Source of the DNA: an uncultured Bacteroidota bacterium
GTDB taxonomy: Bacteria; Bacteroidota; Bacteroidia; Flavobacteriales_F; PHOS-HE28
DNA: 50,783 bases
NCBI GenBank assembly: GCA_902825795.1
Contig: CADECG010000005.1
Coordinates: 1-50,783, forward strand
Direction of reading: 5' to 3'
How positions within the stretch are numbered: position 1 is the first letter of the stretch; each line of letters opens with the position of its first letter. The notes beneath the pieces are model-generated. The model had not been told where the DNA came from. It ran no database searches and saw only the letters and a list, made by a program, of their open reading frames with translations. Below, piece after piece: positions 35,490-43,867 of this stretch. A program made the translations under genes and the position numbers.

Positions 35490-36134
35490 TCAGCCCTTTA
35501 CCACACGGCGCACAGCGGTGCCGTTGTTGGTGAACACTTGTACCACGTAGATGCCTGCGGGTAGCGCTGCAACATCAATGGCCATTTGCGTGTTGCCGGC
35601 AACGTTCAGCGCTACACGTCCGGCCATGTCCACTACCTGCACGCTCAGTACGGTGCTGTTACCGCTGGTAACGGTAAGGAGGTCCTGCACAGGGTTGGGC
35701 AGCAATTGCACTTGCACCAGCGCCGCTTCTTCCTCGATGCCCACTGCGCAGCCGTTGGACGGAGCATTGGTGTAATCGAACACCACGCTCGCGCACTGGA
35801 TGATGGTGTTGCCCGTGCCTTGGTCGAGCACCAACGAAGCGTCCGTGGTGTAGATCGTGTTGTTGTCCCCGGCCACGCCCAAGAAGGTTTTCGCGGAAAC
35901 GGTATTGTCATCGCCCGTGATGGACACAATGGCGCCGTTCTCGATGGCGATGGTGTTGCCTGTGCCCGCGAAGGTGGGCGAGGCGCCGGGGCATACCCAG
36001 AAGGCTTCGTTGTTGGCCGATACGAGAGGACCTGCCGTGGTGATGACAGTGCTCAACGATGCAATGGCGAGGTTGCACTGTGCACTAGCACCGGCAACAA
36101 GCATGGCTGAAAAGAGGGTAGCGGTTGTTCTCAT
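35490..36134 (-). CDS. Small T9SS type A cargo protein with GxxNT[IV] repeats
   Basis: Signal peptide ...GASAQ, repeats GTGNTI/GDDNTV/GDNNTI/GTGNTI, CTD LLPNPVQDLL...AGIYVVQV...RRVVKG. Confidence 0.85.
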   Translation of the reverse strand: MRTTATLFSAMLVAGASAQCNLAIASLSTVITTAGPLVSANNEAFWVCPGASPTFAGTGNTIAIENGAIVSITGDDNTVSAKTFLGVAGDNNTIYTTDASLVLDQGTGNTIIQCASVVFDYTNAPSNGCAVGIEEEAALVQVQLLPNPVQDLLTVTSGNSTVLSVQVVDMAGRVALNVAGNTQMAIDVAALPAGIYVVQVFTNNGTAVRRVVKG

Positions 36135-36306
36135 GTGCGTTGGTTTGTTCCGCCAAAGTAGCACAGGTGTGATCGTCCGCACCGCTCGGTCCAACCAACC
36201 GTCACGTGCAGAGCACGCGTTCTGTTTCCCGCGGATGCAGCCGTACGGATCGGAACTCGCGCCGTGTCAGTGCTCGCGCTTGGCGGCACGTTGATGGAGC
36301 AAACTG

Positions 36307-36987
36307 CTATGTGGTGCTAGGGAGCACATCCACCGGCTCCTGCTTCGTTAGCGCGAACAGCGCTTCCATGCGTGCATAGTTCTTTATGACCGCGATGGTG
36401 AGGAAGGCCAATGGTATTTCGATCACACCGGCTACGATGTACACCACGGTATTGGCCGATATCTCCTCGATGGAGTCAGCGGATATGCCCGTCCTTAAAG
36501 CGATCTGGCCTACGACGGCGCTAATGACCCATACCGCCCACCACCAGCCCACAAGGCCATATGGAACTGCTTGATGCGGCAGGCTTTTCTCCTGCAAGTA
36601 GCTTGCGGTGCGCTCGCACAGTTCCCGCATGATCTGATAGGGCCTGAACCAATTCAGGATGGGCACGAACCAACTACCTGCGGCCCAACCTTCCGGGTAT
36701 CTGAGGTTGTGCGATCGTAAGTGCAGATTGAAATAGGCCCGCCTGAACCACTGGATGAAGAAGACGGCCGAGACGATGTATGCCGCCATAGCCAACAACC
36801 CGGTCACCATCTCCCGCGTATCGTTCGCGCTGATGGTTTCTTCATCGGGCATTTCCATACCTGACATGTCCGACAGCAGGTCGTACTGCATTATGCTCGA
36901 ACCCAACGATAGCATTTGGGTGAGCAACACGATCCAGATCAGTGTGATCGCATTCTTCGCTCGTTGGGCATTCGGCCTCAGGTCCAT
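36307..36987 (-). CDS. DUF4328-like membrane protein
   Basis: FFIQWFRRAYFNL, WAAGSWFVPILNWFRPYQIMREL, GWWWAVW. Confidence 0.8.
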   Translation of the reverse strand: MDLRPNAQRAKNAITLIWIVLLTQMLSLGSSIMQYDLLSDMSGMEMPDEETISANDTREMVTGLLAMAAYIVSAVFFIQWFRRAYFNLHLRSHNLRYPEGWAAGSWFVPILNWFRPYQIMRELCERTASYLQEKSLPHQAVPYGLVGWWWAVWVISAVVGQIALRTGISADSIEEISANTVVYIVAGVIEIPLAFLTIAVIKNYARMEALFALTKQEPVDVLPSTT

Positions 36988-37029
36988 GGGTTCAGTTCAA
37001 TTGCATCCGGTGCATCATCTTGCTGTTGC

Positions 37030-38274
37030 TCAGGTCAACCCCCTCGGCCAAGCCAAGTACCATTTCTCCACGGGCGTGCTCAGCGCGGCGATCCCTAAGT
37101 TGTCGCTCGCCTCGGCTATGTCGCGCACGGTGCCGTCTTTGTACAGCAGTTCAATGCGGTCCGTGGCCGTGTCGTAGGCATTGTTGACGATACGCCCGGT
37201 GAGTACGAAGTGTTCGGCTTGATCGGCCGGAACGCCCAGTTGTTTGGCGACTGCCGTGCGTTTGGGCGAGACTTCATCAGCAGGCCATGGGTTGCTTTGC
37301 AAGGCTATCTTGAACGTGCGCCGCTGAACGATATCGCTGCACAACTTGCCGAGCGACTTGTCACGATGTTCGGCCCACACTTTCACCGCTCCCATGATGT
37401 CGTGATCGTCCAAGCGCAGGAAGTCCTTCAGCACCTCGGGATCGCGGAAGTCGTCGCGACCGTGTGGTTTGGATAAGAAGCGCTGCAGAGCGGGTGAAGC
37501 GAAGAGCGGCTCGCCACCTGCGACCAATGTCTTTGCCCGCTTCAGCGCTTCCACCAGCATCACCTCGGCGCTCACCACGGTCTTGTGCAGGTATACCTGC
37601 CAGTACATCAGGCGCCGCGCTACAATGAACTTCTCGATGCTGTAGATCGCTTTCTCCTCTACCACCAGTCGGCTCTTGCGCGTGTCGAGGCTGGCGTCGT
37701 GCACCACCTCCAGCATTTTGATGATGCGGTCGCCACCGATCACCCCTTCGCTTACGCCGGTGTAGAAGCTGTCGCGGTTCAAGTAATCCATGCGGTCAAC
37801 ATCCAATTGGCTGCTCACCAACTGGTGCAGGAAGTGCTTGGGGTGCTGGTCGCGGAAAATGGCCAGACCGGTCGTTAGCGCGCCATCGAGTTCGTTATTC
37901 AACGCATCCATCACCAAGGCGCTGACCTCCTCGTGGTCGATGCCATCCACCAAGCTGCTCTCCAGCGCGTGACTGAACGGCCCGTGACCGACATCGTGCA
38001 GCAGGATGGCGATGGCAGCGCCTTGGGCTTCATCATCGGTGACCGCGTGTCCCTTGCTGCGCAGCGTTTCAATGGCCTGGCCCATCAAGTGCATGGCACC
38101 CAACGCATGGTGGAAGCGCGTGTGTAAGGCGCCTGGGTAGACCAAATGCGAAAGGCCCAACTGCTTGATGTACCGCAACCGCTGGAACCAAGGATGATCG
38201 ATGAGCCGCAACACCGTGGCATCGGGCACGGTGATGAACCCATAGATGGGGTCGTTGAGGATCTTGCGGCGCAT
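37030..38274 (-). CDS. HD-domain phosphohydrolase (dNTP triphosphohydrolase / SAMHD1-like)
   Basis: NDPIYGFI, QRLRYIKQLG, HTRFHHALG, LLHDVGHGPFSH, LDVDRMDYLNRD, LMYWQVYLHK. Confidence 0.92.
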   Translation of the reverse strand: MRRKILNDPIYGFITVPDATVLRLIDHPWFQRLRYIKQLGLSHLVYPGALHTRFHHALGAMHLMGQAIETLRSKGHAVTDDEAQGAAIAILLHDVGHGPFSHALESSLVDGIDHEEVSALVMDALNNELDGALTTGLAIFRDQHPKHFLHQLVSSQLDVDRMDYLNRDSFYTGVSEGVIGGDRIIKMLEVVHDASLDTRKSRLVVEEKAIYSIEKFIVARRLMYWQVYLHKTVVSAEVMLVEALKRAKTLVAGGEPLFASPALQRFLSKPHGRDDFRDPEVLKDFLRLDDHDIMGAVKVWAEHRDKSLGKLCSDIVQRRTFKIALQSNPWPADEVSPKRTAVAKQLGVPADQAEHFVLTGRIVNNAYDTATDRIELLYKDGTVRDIAEASDNLGIAALSTPVEKWYLAWPRGLT

Positions 38275-38284
38275 GCTTCAGAGT

Positions 38285-38296
38285 CCCGACGTCGGG
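38285..38296. repeat. Perfect palindrome CCCGACGTCGGG just upstream of the HD gene start
   Basis: Read directly, 10 nt from the ATG. Confidence 0.7.
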
Positions 38297-38437
38297 GGCG
38301 GGGCGAAGATGGCGAAGCCGGTCCGTCGGTTCCACGCCCTCTACCTTCACCCCCCCGCAGACCAGAACCACCAATTGTGCGTTCCTGCTTCTCACCAGTA
38401 CGGGCGCATCATGATGCGCCCACCAACAACTTCAACC

Positions 38438-39988
38438 ATGAGTGTTTCCATCCTGTGGGCCGACGACGAGATCGATCTCCTGCGCCCACACGTATTGTTC
38501 TTGCAAGAGAAAGGTTACACTGTGGATACCGTGAACAACGGCATCGACGCGGTGGAGAAGGTGAAAGGGAAGGAATACGGGGCTATACTGCTCGATGAGA
38601 ACATGCCCGGCCTCACGGGTCTCGAGACGCTCACGAAGATCAAAGCCTTCGCCCCGCAAACGCCCGTGGTGATGATCACCAAGAGCGAGGAAGAGCACAT
38701 CATGGAGGATGCGATCGGCAGCAAGATCAGCGATTACCTGATCAAGCCCGTGAACCCGAACCAGATCCTGCTGGCGCTCAAGAAGCACATCGATGGACGG
38801 CGGTTGGTGAGCGAGAAAACGAACACCGACTACCAGCGGCAGTTCGGACAGTTGAGCATGCGCATCAGCGACCGGCTTACGGTGCAGGAATGGAAGGAAC
38901 TGTATAGCGACCTGATCCGGTGGGAACTTGAACTGCAAGGCAGCCAGGACCCCGGCATGGCCGAGATCCTGCGCAGCCAATGGAAGGAAGCGAACGACGT
39001 GTTCAGCCGCTACGTGGGCGACCGCTACGTGGATTGGGTGAACGGCAAAGGCCAGGACATCCCGTTGCAGAGCCACCAGCTCTTCCGTACGAAAGTCGCC
39101 CCGCACCTCAAGGACGGCCAACCGCTCTTCATGGTGCTCATCGACAACCTGCGCTTGGATCAATGGCGCATCCTGGAGCCCATCCTCAACCAGTACTACC
39201 GCACCGTGGAGCAGGACGTGTTCTTCAGCATCCTGCCCACAGCAACGCAATACGCACGCAACGCGCTCTTCGCCGGAGTGATGCCGAGCGAGATCGAAAA
39301 GCGTTTCCCGGGAAAGTGGATCGGTGAGGAGGAGGAGGGCAGCAAGAACGCGCACGAAGAAGAGTTCCTCGGCGATCAGTTGAAGCGCTTAGGCAAGAAC
39401 ATCAAGTTCAGTTACCATAAGATCACGAATCTGGCTGCCGGCCGCAAACTGGCCGATACGCTGGACAACTTGATGGGCAATGGCCTTAACGCCATCGTCT
39501 ACAATTTCGTCGATATGCTCAGCCATGCGCGCACCGAGATGGAGGTGATCCGGGAACTGGCCGAGGACGAAGCGGCATACCGTAGCATCACCAAAAGTTG
39601 GTTCGAGCATAGCCCGTTGTTCGACATCCTGAAGGGGATCGCAGAACGCGGTGGGCGCGTGGTGATCTGCACAGACCATGGCACCGTGCGTGTTACCGAA
39701 CCCAGCAAAGTGGTGGGCGATCGCAACACCACCAGCAACCTGCGCTACAAGCACGGAAAGAACCTCACCTACGAGCCGCGCGATGTCCTGGCGATCAAGG
39801 ATCCAGCCAAGGCCTTCCTACCCCGCACCAACGTCAGCGCGGTGTATGTCTTCACAAAGAAGGACTTCTACTTCGTGTATCCCAACAACTACAACCACTT
39901 CGTTAACTACTACCGCAACACTTTCCAGCACGGTGGCATCAGCATGGAGGAGATGATGGTGCCCGTGGCGTATTTGACGCCGAGGTAG
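38438..39988 (+). CDS. porX: Response regulator PorX (receiver plus PglZ alkaline-phosphatase-like domain)
   Basis: ILWADDE, LLDENMPG, ITKSEEE, YLIKPVNP, then LIDNLR, ILPTATQYARN, DMLSH, TDHG, HGG. 516 aa. Confidence 0.93.
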   Translation: MSVSILWADDEIDLLRPHVLFLQEKGYTVDTVNNGIDAVEKVKGKEYGAILLDENMPGLTGLETLTKIKAFAPQTPVVMITKSEEEHIMEDAIGSKISDYLIKPVNPNQILLALKKHIDGRRLVSEKTNTDYQRQFGQLSMRISDRLTVQEWKELYSDLIRWELELQGSQDPGMAEILRSQWKEANDVFSRYVGDRYVDWVNGKGQDIPLQSHQLFRTKVAPHLKDGQPLFMVLIDNLRLDQWRILEPILNQYYRTVEQDVFFSILPTATQYARNALFAGVMPSEIEKRFPGKWIGEEEEGSKNAHEEEFLGDQLKRLGKNIKFSYHKITNLAAGRKLADTLDNLMGNGLNAIVYNFVDMLSHARTEMEVIRELAEDEAAYRSITKSWFEHSPLFDILKGIAERGGRVVICTDHGTVRVTEPSKVVGDRNTTSNLRYKHGKNLTYEPRDVLAIKDPAKAFLPRTNVSAVYVFTKKDFYFVYPNNYNHFVNYYRNTFQHGGISMEEMMVPVAYLTPR

Positions 39989-40006
39989 CACCACGTTTCT
40001 CGCCGT

Positions 40007-40288
40007 TCAGTCAAGCGGATCATCGTTGCGGTCGCCCTGGTTTTGTTCCTTAGAAACTTTCGGCCACCGCCATGCGCCGATCAATGCGATGATACCAATC
40101 AACAAAGCTTCCCCCCACGAAAAGATCCGAGTATGGGAATATCGCCAGCTACGGCCCAGGACAATCTGTTCGGAGTTGAAGAGATAGACCGCGACAGCAA
40201 GCATTGACGATCCCAAGGTCACCAGTACCCATCGGAAGGCGCGGTCCTGTGCTCGCTCTTGTCGCTGATTCTCCTTTCTCCAATTCAT
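40007..40288 (-). CDS. Small hypothetical membrane protein (2 TM) between porX and tsaE
   Basis: 93-aa ORF from MNWRKEN with two hydrophobic helices and its own TACTTTGG box at 40303-40310. Confidence 0.55.
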   Translation of the reverse strand: MNWRKENQRQERAQDRAFRWVLVTLGSSMLAVAVYLFNSEQIVLGRSWRYSHTRIFSWGEALLIGIIALIGAWRWPKVSKEQNQGDRNDDPLD

Positions 40289-40440
40289 GGTCTTAAATCG
40301 CTCCAAAGTACCCGTTATGTTCCGGGTGTTGATCCGGCTCTTGGGGAACCCAGCGCGGCAGTTCGACAGCGACTTTTTTCCGACGTGTCTATTCCTGATG
40401 AAGCTGGGCAGTGGCACCGCGCAACGATCTTCGCGGCCTA

Positions 40441-40854
40441 ATGCCCTACCGCCTTTCCTCTCCTGATCAAGCGACCGTGATTGCCGGTCAGATCCTCCGC
40501 GACTTCCCCGAAGCCCGCGTCTTCGCCCTGCGCGGCGAACTCGGCGCTGGTAAGACCACATTGATCAAAGGCTTCTGCCAAGCGCTGGGTGTGAAGGACA
40601 GCACCAGCAGCCCCAGCTTCGCCATTGTGAACGAGTACTGGAGCACCGAGCACGGCCCCGTGTACCACTTCGACCTGTACCGTCTGCGCGATGCGCGTGA
40701 ATTGGAGGGCATCGGCTTCACGGAGTACGTGGACAGCGATGCCTACTGCTTCGTGGAATGGCCTGAACTGGCCGCCGACCTGCTGCCGCCCGGTACGGTC
40801 TTCATCGACATGGCGATCAACGGGGAGGAGCGTATCTTGACCCTCCGATCATGA
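40441..40854 (+). CDS. tsaE: tRNA threonylcarbamoyladenosine biosynthesis ATPase TsaE
   Basis: GELGAGKTT, SSPSF, YHFDLYRL, VEWPE. Confidence 0.95.
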   Translation: MPYRLSSPDQATVIAGQILRDFPEARVFALRGELGAGKTTLIKGFCQALGVKDSTSSPSFAIVNEYWSTEHGPVYHFDLYRLRDARELEGIGFTEYVDSDAYCFVEWPELAADLLPPGTVFIDMAINGEERILTLRS

Positions 40855-42071
40855 CGGCCCACAGCGAGATCATCAGGCAGTTGGCGAGTGAAATGGCCAT
40901 GCTCCCACAGGAGCAGGCTGTCGCCACGCAACGCAAGAAGCAGAATCTGTACATCGGCATTCCCAAGGAGGTCGCCTTCCAGGAGCATCGGGTGCCGCTG
41001 ACCCCGGCCGCAGTGGCCGTGCTTACCGGTCGTGGCCACGATGTGGTGGTGGAGCGGGGTGCTGGCAAGGCCGTGCAGTTCCAGGACAGCGATTACACCG
41101 AGGCCGGTGCCATGCTGGTGGACAGCCCGCTGGAAGTGTTCAAGGCCGATATCATCCTGAAGGTTGCTCCGGCCAGCAGCGCCGAGATCGAGATGTTGCG
41201 GCCCAAGCAGTTGCTTATTTCCGCATTGCAGCTCACTGTGCAACCGCAGGATGCGCTGAAGTTGATGATGAAGAAGCGCGTGCACGCCGTGGCGTGGGAC
41301 TTCATCAAGGACCGGCAGGGCATTTACACGATCATACGCGCCATGGGGGAGATCGCGGGCAACACGTCGATCCTCATTGCCAGCGAGTACATGGGCACCG
41401 ACAAGGGCGGCCCGGGCCTGATGCTCGGCGGCATTAGCGGTGTGGCTCCGGCTGAAGTCGTGATCCTGGGTGCTGGTACAGTTGGCGAGTTCGCCACACG
41501 TGCCGCGTTGGGTCTTGGTGCAAGCGTGAAGGTGTTCGACAAGAGCATTTACCGGTTGCGGCGCATGCAGAGCGATCTGGCCACGCGCATCTACACCAGT
41601 GTGATCCAGCCCGATGAACTGAAACATGCGCTGACAAAAGCCGACGTGGTGATCGGTGCCTTACGCCCGGAGCATGGACGCACACCCATGGTGGTGACCA
41701 GCGATATGGTGCGCGATATGAAGACCGGTGCCGTGATCGTGGATGTGAGCATCGATCGCGGCGGCTGCTTCGAGACCAGTCGCGTTACTACGCACACCGA
41801 TCCGGTGTTCAAGGAATACGGTGTGATCCACTACTGCGTGCCCAACATCGCCAGCCGCGTGCCACGCACCGCCAGCTATGCGCTCAGCAACATCTTCAGC
41901 CCCATGCTCCTGAGCATGGGCGATGGCGGCGGCTTCGAAGAACTGATCAAGAAGGACCTCGGCTTGCGCCACGGCGTGTACTTGTACAATGGCTCCCTTA
42001 CCAGCGAGGTCCTCAGCGAGGCCTTCAAGCTGGAGTACAAGGACCTCAATATGCTGCTGGCGGCATTCTGA
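40851..42071 (+). CDS. ald: Alanine dehydrogenase / PNT-alpha family NAD-binding protein (catalytic residues atypical)
   Basis: IGIPKE, EHRVPLTP, MGEIAG, GAGTVG, DVSIDRGGCFE, YCVPN. KVAP and ALQL replace the canonical KVKEP and FLHL. Confidence 0.8.
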   Translation: MTAHSEIIRQLASEMAMLPQEQAVATQRKKQNLYIGIPKEVAFQEHRVPLTPAAVAVLTGRGHDVVVERGAGKAVQFQDSDYTEAGAMLVDSPLEVFKADIILKVAPASSAEIEMLRPKQLLISALQLTVQPQDALKLMMKKRVHAVAWDFIKDRQGIYTIIRAMGEIAGNTSILIASEYMGTDKGGPGLMLGGISGVAPAEVVILGAGTVGEFATRAALGLGASVKVFDKSIYRLRRMQSDLATRIYTSVIQPDELKHALTKADVVIGALRPEHGRTPMVVTSDMVRDMKTGAVIVDVSIDRGGCFETSRVTTHTDPVFKEYGVIHYCVPNIASRVPRTASYALSNIFSPMLLSMGDGGGFEELIKKDLGLRHGVYLYNGSLTSEVLSEAFKLEYKDLNMLLAAF

Positions 42072-42186
42072 AAAGAGCGTCGGCTTTTCGTAGCTCTTCC
42101 GCTCATCACGGCCACAACCCTGCACCACCCACGGCCTAAATGCCTGATGGCGTAACTGCTCAACTGCTTCACTGCAACACCACTGC

Positions 42187-42570
42187 ATGAACCTCGCCCG
42201 CCGCATCCGTCTCTTCATCATCGGCCTGCTCATCGGTGGTGTGGCCGCATGGTTCTTCTTTGGTGAGCGCATCACAAGCGGTGCATGGATGCCCGAGGCC
42301 CGCATCAAGCTCCGCTTGAAGGAGACTTTGGTGAAGAGCACGCCGGAGGCCAGCAGTTCCATAGCCAACTGGCCGACCACCATCGATAGTGTGCGCGCAA
42401 GCGTTGCCAATGGCGAAGTGATCCTGAAGGAAACGCGGCGTCACGGAGATAGTCTCACCTACACAGTGGATGTTGCACTGGCCGGTAAACCCGCGCGGTT
42501 GAAGGTGCTGGTGTTGGAGGACTTCCGCATTGACAGCATGGCAACGCTGGTGGGGATAGCGCAGCGATAG
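42187..42570 (+). CDS. Hypothetical N-anchored protein (DUF4258-like)
   Basis: N-terminal TM, WMPEARI, then a small alpha/beta domain. The family call rests on recalled porX-tsaE-ald neighbourhoods. Confidence 0.55.
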   Translation: MNLARRIRLFIIGLLIGGVAAWFFFGERITSGAWMPEARIKLRLKETLVKSTPEASSSIANWPTTIDSVRASVANGEVILKETRRHGDSLTYTVDVALAGKPARLKVLVLEDFRIDSMATLVGIAQR

Positions 42571-42608
42571 AACCGAACAAGCGTCCGTGGTACGAGCCCG
42601 AGTCGCGG

Positions 42609-43811
42609 CTACGCTTTCCTCCGCTTGCGCTCCAGCGCGATCAATGTGAGTTCCCGACCGCTCTGTCCACGCGCACTGGTGTTCTCCGCAGCGCGCCTTA
42701 GCAGGTAAGGCATCACTTCGCGCACGGGACCGTAAGGCACATACTTCGCCACGCGGTAACCAGCGGCGGCCATATTGAAGCTCAGGTTATCGCTCATGCC
42801 GAGCAGTTGTGCGAAACAGATGCGGTCATCGTTGCGGGCGATGGAGCGTTCGCCCATGAGTTTGGCCATGAGCAACGTACTGTCCTCATTGTGGGTGCCC
42901 ACCACCACGCTGATGCGATCGATGTGCGCGGCCGTGAAGCGCAGCGCTTCGTCGTAGTCCCTGTCCACGGATGCTTTGTCGGCGTGTATCGGATCGCGGT
43001 AGCCGAGTTCAGCGGCACGCGCCCGTTCTTTTTCCATGTATGCGCCACGCACGAGCTTCACCCCAAGGATGTACTGGTCTTGTTCGGCTTTCGCGAAGCT
43101 GCTCTTGAGGAAGTCAAGACGGTCGTGCCGGTAGTGCTGCACGGTGTTGTAGACGATGGCGCGGGTGCGATTGTGCTGCGCCATCATGCGATCGGTGATG
43201 TCGTCGATGGCGGGCTGCATCCAGCTTTCTTCCGCGTCCACAAGTATGCGCACGTTCGCACGAGCTGCGGCTTGGCAGATCGTTTCCATGCGCTTCACCA
43301 CACGCAGCCATTCTTCGCGTTCGGTGTTGCTCAGCACGCGGCCATCGCTCATGCGCGCCCAAATGTCCAAGCGCCCGATCCCCGTCGGCTTGAAGACGCA
43401 GAAGGGGATATCGGTGCGCTGCTGGGCAATGCCGATGGTGCGCACCGTTTCTTCCACGGTATGGTCGAGCGCGGCTTCATCACCGTCTTTGCCTTCCACG
43501 CTGTAATCGAGGATGGTGCCAACGCCGCTCTTGGCCAAACGGGCGGCGGCCCCTAGACTTTCCTCGATCGTTTCGCCACCACAGAACTGGCTGAAGATGG
43601 TGCCCTTGATGAGGCCCTTCACCGGCAGGTACAGGTTCAATGCGAACTGCGTGAGCTTGCCCCCGATACCACTGACCGTTGGGTTGCCTATGACCTTGAA
43701 CAGCCAGTAGGCTCGCCAGAGTTCGGCGTTGCTCTTGTGCGCGAACGCCGTGCGCGTATCGCGCAGATCAGGAAGTTGCTGTGGTGGGGCGCCAGTGGCC
43801 GGTGGTGGCAT
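42609..43811 (-). CDS. Monofunctional proline dehydrogenase
   Basis: QFCGGET, ILDYSVEG, VDAEESW, YNTVQHY, KLVRGAYMEKER, GTHN, QLLGMSD, KYVPYG, YLLRRAAEN. Confidence 0.93.
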   Translation of the reverse strand: MPPPATGAPPQQLPDLRDTRTAFAHKSNAELWRAYWLFKVIGNPTVSGIGGKLTQFALNLYLPVKGLIKGTIFSQFCGGETIEESLGAAARLAKSGVGTILDYSVEGKDGDEAALDHTVEETVRTIGIAQQRTDIPFCVFKPTGIGRLDIWARMSDGRVLSNTEREEWLRVVKRMETICQAAARANVRILVDAEESWMQPAIDDITDRMMAQHNRTRAIVYNTVQHYRHDRLDFLKSSFAKAEQDQYILGVKLVRGAYMEKERARAAELGYRDPIHADKASVDRDYDEALRFTAAHIDRISVVVGTHNEDSTLLMAKLMGERSIARNDDRICFAQLLGMSDNLSFNMAAAGYRVAKYVPYGPVREVMPYLLRRAAENTSARGQSGRELTLIALERKRRKA

Positions 43812-43853
43812 CGGGTTCCTTTCCTTTGAACGCTGCCCACCTGCTGGGGGCGG

Positions 43854-43862
43854 CCAAATGTA
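43854..43862 (-). promoter_or_regulatory. Canonical -7 box (TACATTTGG) for proline dehydrogenase
   Basis: Exact TAnnTTTG match in the 56-bp gap between the divergent proline dehydrogenase and aroB genes. Confidence 0.6.
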
Positions 43863-43867
43863 GAAGC

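Noticed and set aside
38438-39988. PglZ domain as a sign of a BREX anti-phage system
   Set aside because: It is fused to an N-terminal receiver domain in the PorX layout, and no brxC, pglX or brxL genes are present.
40289-40561. ORF-track 184-aa version of the minus-strand ORF at 40007
   Set aside because: The 5' extension overlaps tsaE and its promoter. A -7 box at 40303-40310 supports the 40288 start.
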